Shown piece after piece: positions 35,543 through 45,675 of a DNA stretch of 51,380 nt. Position 1 is the first letter of the stretch. Every line of letters starts with the position of its first letter. Both the position numbers and the translations under genes were made by a program. The notes below the pieces were generated by a model. It worked only from the letters and a program-made list of their open reading frames with translations, had not been told where the DNA came from and did not search any database. The stretch is from Tubiluchus corallicola (lineage: Eukaryota > Animalia > Priapulida): the NCBI GenBank assembly GCA_030141605.1, contig JAQGDQ010001261.1, forward strand, positions 1 to 51,380. Direction: 5' to 3'.

Positions 35543-37441
35543 ATGGACCAGTTAGAATTGTCGGCATCTATGATTATGAAGACTGAGCTAGATGATGATG
35601 TGGAACAAGTCAGTGATGGTGAAGCAGTAGACAAGTCAGTTCCTATACGGGGTATAAAGTCTGAATTTGATGTTTCAACTAGTAAGATTAGTAAATGCAA
35701 TATAGATACATCAATTACCAGGATGTATGTGATGTCTGAATATAACACAGCTGACGACAAGAATGACTGGAACAATGCCAAAGCATTCGATCAAGATATG
35801 CCAAGTATTGTTGATTGTATAAAACCTAAATCCAATTCTTGGAATGATGACCAAACATGCAATGAGAAAATTCATGATAACAGCGTAGAGTGTAACAGTT
35901 CAGACGATTTGAATGGACAGTGCAATTCCACATTTCAGGACTCCGAAGAAAAGTTAAATCGGATGTTTAATATTAATACATCTTTAAGAAAGAAACAGCA
36001 CAAATGTACTCACTGCGATGCTGTTTTCAATAAAGCGTGTGATTTGAAAACACACTTTAGAACTCACACGTCAGAAAAACCTTTTCGTTGTCTCTATTGC
36101 CATGCTGCTTTTACACAATCAGGTAGCTTAAATAGACATATGAGATGTCACACAGGAGAAAGACCATTTGAATGTGGCCAGTGCTCAGCTTCCTTTACCG
36201 AAGCTGGCAGTTTAAAAATTCATGTAAGAACTCATACTGGTGAAAAACCTTTTAAATGTGATCAATGCAATTCTGCCTTTGCTCAGTCGGGTGGTTTGAA
36301 ACAGCATGTTTTAAGTCATACAAAAGAAAAGCCTTTTAAGTGTAGCTTTTGCAATGCTGCTTTTACACAGTCAGGCCATTTCAATAGACATTTGAGATCT
36401 CATACTGGTGAAAAGCCTTTTCAATGTAAACAATGTGGTTCTGCTTTTGGTGAGCCTGGAACCTTAAAAGTTCATATGAGAACTCACACTGGAGAGAAAC
36501 CTTTCAAGTGTGACCTGTGCAATGCAGCTTTCACTCAGTCAGGTGGCTTAATACAACATATAAGAAGACATAAAGCAGAAAAGCCTTTCAAGTGCAGTTA
36601 TTGTGATGCTGCTTTTACTCAGTCAAGTCACCTCAATAGGCATTGTAGATCTCACACTGGAGAAAAGCCTTTTAAATGCGATCAGTGTCATGCTGCTTTT
36701 GCTGAGCTGGGAACATTAAAAGTACATTTAAGAACACATACAGGTGAGAAGCCTTTTAAGTGCAGTCATTGTGATGCTGCCTTTGCTCACTCTGGTGGTT
36801 TAAAGCATCATATGAGAGGTCATCATACTGGAGACAAGCCCTTTAAATGTGATTATTGTGGTGTTGCATTTACACAGTCAAGTCATTTAATTAGGCATTT
36901 GAGAACTCACACAGGAGAAAAACCATTCAAGTGCTTAAAATGTGATGCTGCTTTTGCTGAGCTGGGTGGTTTAAAAGTTCATCAGAGAACACATACTGGA
37001 GAAAAACCTTATAAATGTGACTTATGCAGTGCAGCTTTCATTCAGTCATGTGGTTTAAAGCAACATTACAGGTCGCATACCGGAGAGAAGCCTTTTAAGT
37101 GCAATGAATGTGCTGCTGGTTTTGTTCAATCCGGGGACTTGAAGCGGCACATCAGAATTCACACTGGAGAAAAGCCTTACAAATGCGATCACTGCGATTC
37201 TGCTTTTGCAGCTCCAGGGAATCTAAAACAACATCTAAGCACTCACAGTGGAGAAAAACCGCTTAAGTGTGATCGGTGTGATGCAACCTTTATTTATCAA
37301 AGCCTTTTAAAACGTCATCAAAGAACACACACAGGAGAGAAGCCATTTAGCTGTACTCTGTGCAAAACTTCTTTTACTCAGCTGAGTAATTTGAATACAC
37401 ATCTAAAAACTCATTCAAAACAAAAGTTTGCACCAAGCTGA
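35543..37441 (+). CDS. C2H2 zinc-finger protein, ~632 aa, 17 tandem fingers
   Basis: Uninterrupted ORF with an acidic N-terminus and 17 fingers with TGEKP-type linkers. Acceptor ttttttacag ends at 35520; first ATG at 35543. Confidence 0.95.
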   Translation: MDQLELSASMIMKTELDDDVEQVSDGEAVDKSVPIRGIKSEFDVSTSKISKCNIDTSITRMYVMSEYNTADDKNDWNNAKAFDQDMPSIVDCIKPKSNSWNDDQTCNEKIHDNSVECNSSDDLNGQCNSTFQDSEEKLNRMFNINTSLRKKQHKCTHCDAVFNKACDLKTHFRTHTSEKPFRCLYCHAAFTQSGSLNRHMRCHTGERPFECGQCSASFTEAGSLKIHVRTHTGEKPFKCDQCNSAFAQSGGLKQHVLSHTKEKPFKCSFCNAAFTQSGHFNRHLRSHTGEKPFQCKQCGSAFGEPGTLKVHMRTHTGEKPFKCDLCNAAFTQSGGLIQHIRRHKAEKPFKCSYCDAAFTQSSHLNRHCRSHTGEKPFKCDQCHAAFAELGTLKVHLRTHTGEKPFKCSHCDAAFAHSGGLKHHMRGHHTGDKPFKCDYCGVAFTQSSHLIRHLRTHTGEKPFKCLKCDAAFAELGGLKVHQRTHTGEKPYKCDLCSAAFIQSCGLKQHYRSHTGEKPFKCNECAAGFVQSGDLKRHIRIHTGEKPYKCDHCDSAFAAPGNLKQHLSTHSGEKPLKCDRCDATFIYQSLLKRHQRTHTGEKPFSCTLCKTSFTQLSNLNTHLKTHSKQKFAPS

Positions 37442-37464
37442 TCACGGCGAAATCCATTTCTTTT

Positions 37465-38133
37465 GATAATTATGTGCTTGCAAACCAAAACTGTCCATCA
37501 GTCATCATAGTTAAAACTAGATTATGATGCTTCAAAGTAGAATGACCCAAAAATTTGGTCAAATGTCAATTTTTCATATTTTGTAAAAACTAAAGTTAAA
37601 TATATTGGACTTTTATATTTCTGGCATAAAATTGTCAAGAAAGTGTTCAAAAAATACTAAAAATTTAATTTATTAACCCCTTACCTACTTTTCTGGCTGA
37701 AAACCAGCACTGCAATTGTAAAAAAACTAGTATGTTCAAACTCCGATTGTAGCTCGTGGAAACATTCATTTTGCTTTGGGTTTTTTCTGTTGACAAGACC
37801 AGATCTTCCTCAGAATGAGCCATCTACTGGATTTGAACATAACGTCAATGTGTTTTTGCAAAATCCGTAGCAACAACATTTGTACGGTTGCTGACTGTTT
37901 TGTGGAAACGCGACAAAAACAATTGCTAACTTTAACAGCGATTTTCTCAAGGTTATGTTTTTCAATGCATAGCCTGCACCTCAACTTCAACGTAGATTAT
38001 CTCAGCTTAGAAAAATAGAGCGATGAGCTTGGTATCAAAATTATCCTCATGAAATGGAGATTCAGGATACGTGAACAACTAGAAAAGCTCAATTGCCGAT
38101 TTACCGATTTTGCAATGCAAGCACACAATTATC
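37465..38133. mobile_element. Non-autonomous DNA element with 18-bp terminal inverted repeats, 24 nt after the zinc-finger stop codon
   Basis: GATAATTATGTGCTTGCA ... TGCAAGCACACAATTATC; second copy at ~7075-8105. Confidence 0.75.
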
Positions 38134-38665
38134 CCTTACAAAATCATAGAGCCTTTAAGCATTTTTACATCATAATCAGAAGAAGCCAAGCTGCATGTAG
38201 AGAATTTGTTACCTCAATGGATTTTGATGTTATTGTTGTCTTTGTTATCGCTTCTCTTTTTTCTTCTTTTAAAGATGTAAGTAGTCATAGAGTTGTATTT
38301 AAAACTTAATTTAATTTCTGTGCAAAATGTGCAATAAAGACTGACTTCACAAGAAAGATTGAGAAGAGAGAAACAGTTTCAGTTGACATGATTATTAGAA
38401 ATCATTTCAAGTTTATAATAAGCAAAAAAAACGGCTTCTAGTTTACGTGAAAAACTTTAAAGTTGAGAGGTTCAATGTTTTTTCTTGAAACTTGTATCAC
38501 ACAGTCTCAGACTTTCTAATCGCAGCTGTAAAACAAACATAAATTATAATGATTTTTTGGATTATACATTTTCCTAGTATCAAATTCTACCTTTTCTCTT
38601 TCCCTTAAGAATGTGAAAGAGCATAATAAAAACTAATCAACATGCTGCATGTATCGTGTACCTTA

Positions 38666-41600
38666 TTACAGTAGTGAAGACAACTTTAAGGATTTAGCAT
38701 ATTTTTCAATAAGTTCATTTATAGGAATAATAGCACCAAACATATATGGGTCATTATACTGATGCCATGCGTTTTCTACCATTTCAAATTTATGCAGAAC
38801 ATTAGTAATGCTCTGTCTTGTCACGGGAGGCCCTTGCACTGCTATAACAAATTGTATGTTATATTTTTCATGTGTTACAGCTGCTGAATAAATTTGAGCA
38901 ACAAGATGAGCAAAGACCAGGTCTTTGTCCTTTGTATAGACGTGTATATCATAACGCATGTTGTTTCCAGAAAGTACGTCAGTTGCAGAACCGAAACTGA
39001 TGCTGTTGTAGTTTTCATCTCTGCGTGTAGCACCAGCAAAAACCGTCAGATTTTCGCTGGTCATAATGTCCCTGATGTTTGCTGCTTTACATTTGTAAGG
39101 TACCCAGTTAATGATGACCATGTCTTCGTAAAACAGCGTCTGGTAAATATCTGGTGATAGTAAAAGTGAACGAGTTTGAGGTTTGTTTAGTTGAATCAGT
39201 CTGTTGAAGTCAGGATATGGCAATCGACCACGCTGGAAGGATCCTAATATGTCTGATCCTCTCCTGGATGTTGAAAAAGTGCAAAACTGCAAAACAAAAT
39301 TCATGAACATACTGAAGTTTTTGAAGTTTCATTATTATCACATTCAGAACAATATAGTGATGTGTAATACATGGTAACATCAATATTGTTATATATAATA
39401 CGTATAACAGTACTATAATAAATTATACCGTTTCATGTACTATCGTTATCATAAAAGATTAATTGTACTGCAGTGGACCAGTGAAGCAAAGGCTTGTATA
39501 AGCCCACTGTCATGTGAACCAGATAAATAAGGAATTGATGAGTGAACAAAAAAAAGAACAGAGAGAAATGTTAAATCACACAGGACAGGAAGAATGATGT
39601 GTTAGCGGAAATAGTAGGAAGAAAGACAGTAGATTGTGCAATGTTTACATCAGCTCTAAAGATTTATCAATGATGTCTTGTTTTGTATAATCTGTATCAC
39701 AGATTACATACCATAACAGACAGTATAGGCTACACATTTTGGTTTTATTCCGAGTACTTACTCTAAAGCAGAGGCTTCGTATTTCTTTTAATCTGTTACT
39801 ACTTATTTAGTTACTAATGAAGTGTGGAAAATGACGAATGTCACCTATTGCTCATGTTTCCCACTCGACATTGTAAGTATTTAAATATGTTAGCTAAAAC
39901 GCTATTGTCTAATTAAGGATAATTATATTAAAAAGTAAATAACAAAGATATTAGTAAACAGCCCTTTCTCTCTCTCTCTCTCTGTCTCTGTCTCTCACTC
40001 TCTCTCCCTCCCTCTCTCCCTCCTTCGCACCCCACACTCCCTCCCTCCCTCTCTCTCCATTTATCTGCCTATCTAACTGCTCATCAATTCGGTGCATCCA
40101 TGTTCATCTGTTTAAAGAATAATAATTAATTTTGATTTAACTAATTAAAAATAATTGCTGAATACACTGTATGATCTGTGAAAGCATAAAGAGCGTCTAT
40201 AATCACTTACAGTTTCACAAAATAGATGTTTCTTGTACTTCCTCATGACTGAATTGTTTTGTCTCTTGTCAAGGGCTGTGGTGCTTGCTCTGGCTTTTAC
40301 CCAGAAATTTTGCTTTGCTTTGAGTTCTTCAAGGAAATGCATTCGCATTAGTTCACCTACTCCCTTTCCTTGATGGTCCACGTCAACACGACCTCCTCGA
40401 CCCACAATCGTTTCTCCTCCATCGATAAGGGAATAAAAAGAGAAGGCAACCTAACAAGAAATAAAGATAAGGAACGATCAATACCTTTGTTTATTGCATG
40501 AACGAGCAAAATGAAAAATAAATTGACATGGAGTTAGACAGACAGAGATACACGAGGAGGCAAGACCATACAGATCGACACGTGTACAAAAGATAGACTG
40601 GTGAACAGTTCATATTTGGCAAATTTAATGCTTTGAACTTATAGAGGCTGTAGTCCAGCAAATACTATAATAGGTTCGAATAGGTCTATGCAAACTAGAC
40701 TCTCGGCTCTGTTATAGTTCGGAAAAGGAAAATCTGAATAAATGAAAAGAAAAGGTTTAAGTTAAAATTTATTTACATTTCAAAAGCGTACTATCCATGC
40801 ATTTGCAAGCTATAGAACTCTTTACAGTAATTACAATCAAACATACGCATTTACGAATTTATTTATTTATTTGGAAATGCGCATACACAAGTATAGGATC
40901 AATGAGAATATATACAGTTAATAATAATAATTTGAGTTTGAAAGGTTTTCGATCAAGTTTTCAAATCACCAGTAAAAAGTGATCTTACAAAGATCATGCA
41001 TAATTGCTCGATTTTGCTCTACAGTAAAACCATTGATAATAAAAAATTGAGTACAGAAGTCGTAGCTAAACGTATGCTAATTGTATGATGTTTCAAACGT
41101 TTTAATGATAATGTATGCATGTGGTTGAATTAGTCGAATCTATAATTTCATGTTCGAATCGAAATCGAACTGAAAAAACTAAAACCATACGTTTGATATT
41201 ATTTGTTACACCATAGACAACAATAAAGCATACTACAGGAAATCTTATTATAGGCATACGACATAGAAATCGATGTATGCCACGTCACAACAAACAAAAA
41301 AATATTGTTGACGGGTCAGGCGTAAGGTCCTCTGCAAACCCTACACCCAGCTTAGCAGTGACTCACCCCTTCTGTCTTGTTTGAACCTATACGTGGTGTG
41401 AGAAGCTTACCTGGAGACAAGAATCTCGGAACAGCAACTCGGACAACAAGAATGTTGGTATAAAAGCGTGTACAAGTCACTTATAAGCCTTGTTTCTGAC
41501 GCAGAGCAAATGCGAGGTACGTGACACCAAGAAAGTTTTTGATTGGCCAGAGAGTTTTTGTTCTAGTTTTTACAGACGACATGATGCAGTGTGTTCATTT

Positions 41601-42916
41601 TTTCTGTCTTTGCGATTATATGTGAATAATAAACAGTTGTTGCTTTTTTAAACCATCTGTTGAAGAGGAAATTATGTCAGTGTCATTCTTTTATGTTTAT
41701 TGTTGATATCGGGTCGTTTCCGATAGCTCTTCGGCCTAGTATCCCTCTACTGTTACCTCGGTTAATTTTTTGTGTATTTTGTTCCCCTTTTTATTGATAA
41801 ATGTGCTGATAATAGAACTTAGTGTAATTTTTGAATTGTTGGATGGATGACATTCTATGAGAGGTGTACGTACTTATTTGACCAGGCGGTTTAGTCTAGT
41901 GGTAATGCGTCTGCTTTCCGTCTGGGAGGTCGTTAGTTCGAACCAGTGGCCGGGTAATACCAAAGACCTTAAAAATGGCACCTGCTGTTGCCCTGCCTGA
42001 CCCGTGGTATTTAGGATAAAAGTGGGCTAATAATAGTCTCTGTTATGTAGGTGTAGGCTGTTATTTACAGTCGGCGATAATAGCTCTGAGCTAATGTTAA
42101 TTGTTGACCTAAAAAGCCGACTTTAAATAAAGATTATTATTATTTTATTTATTGAATGCTTCATTATTCATTAAGATATCTTTAATAATATTTGTAGTTA
42201 GGGGATAAAATTTTATTAGTTAAATAATTAATTACATTATGAAAGAACAACTACGCAAGATGGATCATCGCACTGCGGGATTAAAAAGCCGCCATTTTAC
42301 CCTGTAATTTGACCCACTGACTCGCAAGGTAAGTCGAAATCAATTCAATATTATAAGACTCCGTAAATCTTCTGTTGTGACAGGACCAGCTTCTAGCTAA
42401 TATTAAGCAAATTAAGCTTTTGAGATGAAACACTAAACTGCATTGCCGCTTAGGCCCCTTCACAGACACACCTTTGCGTAATATACGTAAATCAAATTAA
42501 GTTACAGTCTTAAATTATTATCTGTATTTGTTCGAATGTTTATATGTTGGAAAAATAAGATCTTGAACTCTTGATTTCTGCATTAAGGAGCGTTCACATC
42601 CTCCGTGAATGAGATAAACAGCTGGGAAAATTCCAGACGTATTTTCGTGGCTGGCACCCACCCATTTACCTACCAGGCTGGACATTTTTGCGTAATTTAA
42701 GCAATGTACACAATGTTTTTACTCAAGTGCAATACATTTTAGGCGTCTTGACCTGTTAGGCTACTTACAACTTTTCCTTTAAATTCACAAACAAAGGGAA
42801 ACGTATTCCAGCTGCGTATGAAACTGTCATACATTGAGGGAAGATAGTCGAAGCTGCCGCCATATACCAGCACGTTCATACCGAGCACTGCAGCTTTGTC
42901 AGCTAGTGTGGCGTAT
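38666..42916 (-). CDS. NAT16 / histidine N-acetyltransferase-like GNAT (exons 42916-42769, 40450-40211, 39286-38666; 5' exon not found)
   Basis: Spliced product YATLADKAAVLGMNVLVYGGSFDYLPSMY...KV|VAFSFYSLIDGGETIVGRGGRVDVDHQGKGVG...ET|FCTF... has the acetyl-CoA motif QGKGVG and the YGG.DYLP / IDGGET motifs of the NAT16/HisAT family. Both joins are phase 0. Confidence 0.82.
39962..40058. repeat. (CT)n / polypyrimidine microsatellite
   Basis: CT and CCCT runs. Confidence 0.9.
41204..42347 (+). mobile_element. Diverged solo LTR related to the Gypsy LTR at 43434, split by a SINE
   Basis: Starts TGTTACA. Shares gtcagg.gta.gg.cctct, agcag.gactcacccct, acgtggtgtgagaagc, gtataaaagcg.gta and ggatgaca with the LTR, and after the SINE atggatc...ccgccat...gaccc.ctg...gtcgaa.tca.t.ca. 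Approximate TSD ttatt/atatt. Confidence 0.75.
41880..42153 (+). mobile_element. tRNA-derived SINE (Meta-domain-like core)
   Basis: A-box TAGTCTAGTGG, B-box AGTTCGAACC, central ACCAAAGACCTTAAAAATGGCACCTGCTG resembling the MetaSINE core, AATAAA and (ATT)n tail. Confidence 0.75.
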
Positions 42917-43433
42917 CTAAAATTTAGAAACACTACATATTACACAAAATAATTAGTGAAAAATAATTAGTAAACTTGTCATTCTATTTCGCCACTGCAT
43001 GCGTGACCGTGAAAAGACAATCTCTCATCTGCGTTTATTCACCCCAGAGAAAAATTCTAAGATGCGTAAGTTTCCACAGCTAGGCCCGGGGCCGGATTTA
43101 CCCATATGCACAGTAGACCATTGGCTTAGGGCCCACGGGTATCTGTTGGCTCATTGAAGCTAATTTACTCCGCAGCAGCGTATGACCTTGTTCCAAGTGT
43201 TTGCTGGGTATTTGATTATGTACAGTGATATTATATATAATGACAATTTATTTTAAATACTAATCATTAAACCTTTCATTTAAATAACTAAAAGGAAGAT
43301 TTAATAATATTTGTTCTATTAGTAATTGTTTTGTTTGTCTGCAGTGTCACTATATTTCAAAATTGATGTCTTGGTTTTTTCTTGTATAGTATGTATTTTT
43401 GACACTAATAAATATACCAAATATATATAATAA

Positions 43434-43946
43434 TGTTACGGAGACACCTGTGTCGAGTCAGGTGTAGGGCCCTCTACACGCCCTGCTTCCACGTCAGCAG
43501 CGACTCACCCCTTTCTTGTAGGTCCAGACGTCTCGTTTGGGTCTACACGTGGTGTGAGAAGCCAGCTGACCTGGAATGCCAGTATAAAAGCGCGTAGAGG
43601 TCACTACAGCCTTGATTTCTGACACAGGTGCTCCTCGGGTGTAGTGCTGTTACTAGTGTAGAGTTAGTTATTTTTTTGTGCACGTGTATTTTTGTTACTT
43701 ATTTTTATTAGTGCTGTTAATAAACTCCGTACTGTGTAGTTTTTGTGTATTTTGCTTTATGAGAGTTGGATGACACGCTATAACAGGTGTAAGGTAATAA
43801 TTTGTAGACATTAATTTAGCTAATTAACATTAACATTTGTAATTAATTATTGGTTGCACAACGATTATAAATGGATCTTCATGATGCGAAATATCAGGAC
43901 CGCCATGCCATCTTGGAGTTCGACCCCCTGGGTCGAATTCAGTCCA
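43434..43946 (+). repeat. 5' LTR (513 bp)
   Basis: TG...CA; TATAAAA at 43583; AATAAA at 43719; matches 50876-51380. Confidence 0.95.
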
Positions 43947-43947
43947 C

Positions 43948-43965
43948 TGGTGTCAGAAGTGGGAT
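43948..43965 (+). promoter_or_regulatory. Primer-binding site, tRNA-Leu
   Basis: TGGTGTCAGAAGTGGGAT, 1 nt after the LTR, complementary to the 3' end of tRNA-Leu. Confidence 0.9.
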
Positions 43966-44013
43966 AAAGAACATTCTCAACCACCCCCTGCTCAAAGTTT
44001 TTTTGATGATGAT

Positions 44014-45382
44014 GTGGCTTCTCAGGCTTCTTCCTGGGTAAGCTCTTTAGAGCGTTGTTCTGCTGGCCCTGTTGTCAATTGTGTTCCCCCAAGCGTAATT
44101 TCACATCCTGATAATAAACTAGGTCAGACAAATTCATTTCTGTCTACTAATGCTAACCTTGATCGCGTACTTGGTCAACGCGAAGATTCAGGCTTTAACA
44201 CTGCCAGTCCCAGTAATCAAAATTTAGCTGTAGAATTGCAAAATTTGTCATCGCGTTGTGATTCCCAGTTTAAAGATTTGAGTTGTGCAGTGGCTGCGCT
44301 TTCTCAAGCGGTCACTAGCTTAGCAGATTGTTGTATCGCGGCCTGAACATAGGCCTACTTCGAGTAGAAAACCTGTTTTGAATTCTACTCCAGCTAGCGA
44401 ACTGTGCCAAACTGTCGAACCCGCTGTTTGTAAACTAAATAGTGAATCTCCTAAATCGTTAGTCCATTTCGCTGAAAATCATGGAAATAAGAAGTTTTCA
44501 GATTTGCCAATTCAATTTTGTACTCCCACTCATGCGCAGTCAGAAGTACCGGTTCCGAGTAGCACGTCTGTTTGTCAACATAGCTTACACACCACAAATA
44601 CTGTTAGCGCGCACGAAGTGAAAAACTTACCATTTTTTGATGGGGAAACGGTCCCATGGGAAAGTTATAAAGCGCAATTTCATTTGTTAGTTGAACTTAA
44701 CGGTTGGAATAATTATGAAGCCGGTTTACATTTAGCACTGAAACTTAAAGGGAAAGCTGTTGGGGTTCTTGAAACTTTGTCGCCTGCCCAACGCTCTGAT
44801 TATGCAATGCTATGCTCTGCTTTAAGCCGTCGATTCGGGTGTGACAATCGCGAAAGTGTATACCGCGCTCAATACAACAGCCGTTACCGTCAACCCGGCG
44901 AAGATTTGCGGCAATATGCAGATCATTTGCGTACCTTGTACCACCGTGCATACCCAGCAGTAGACTTAAATTCTGCAGAACATCAATTAGCGTTGAAGTT
45001 CATAGATGGTTTGTGTGATGTAGAACTAGCTATACACGTGCAGCAAAGCTTTCCCACGAATCTTGCTGATGCGTTGGCGTCTGCTTTGTCTATAGAATCT
45101 ATTCGTTTAACTGCAAAGCGCAGCGCTGAGCTTACGACTATTAAAACGCGCAGAACATTGACGCAGAATCAAGATACGGGATGGAATAAAGCTCCCACCA
45201 CAGCAGAAAATTTCGAGCGTAACACAAATAATCGCGCTAAGTCTGAACTGCCAGACAATCGTGTACCTACAAAAAGTATTCACGGAACAAATAATTTTGT
45301 TTGTTATTGCTGCAATGCGGTTGGTCATTTTGCAAGGAACTGTCCATTGCGTCGTAAGTCACAACAGTCTTACCCAACATGA
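44014..45382 (+). pseudogene. gag: gag (frameshifted at ~44324-44343); true start possibly ATG 43871 inside the LTR
   Basis: Capsid-like motifs FDG..PW..Y..QF...NGW, LKGKA, RFG and R.PGE, plus the CCHC knuckle CYCCNAVGHFARNC. Confidence 0.88.
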
Positions 45383-45675
45383 ACATTTGATAACTCATTA
45401 TTCCGCTTATCTCAAAACTCGCAGAGTAATTCGCGATTTTGCAGGCAGTCGAGAGCGAGTAAAAGTAATCGAAATTATGACAACCCTCGCGGTTATACTG
45501 TGCCAGTTTCGAACTCGCCGCGCAATTGTAGAAACTCGCGCAATTCCTGTCCTCCACCTTCGCGTTTTTAGTAGCGGGTGGACGGAAAAAGAGGCATCGT
45601 GCCACCCGCCAGACACAAAAGGCCTCCCACAGTCTAAGCGAAACACTCCCTTCGGGTCAACCTAAGGTTGGTACT

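Noticed and set aside
39762-39844. 83-nt extra exon of the GNAT gene (minus strand, plausible AG/GT sites)
   Set aside because: Two in-frame TAA stops; the acceptor at 39287-39288 joins the flanking exons in phase without it.
41880-41955. Functional tRNA gene
   Set aside because: No paired acceptor stem; continues into a SINE core and tail.
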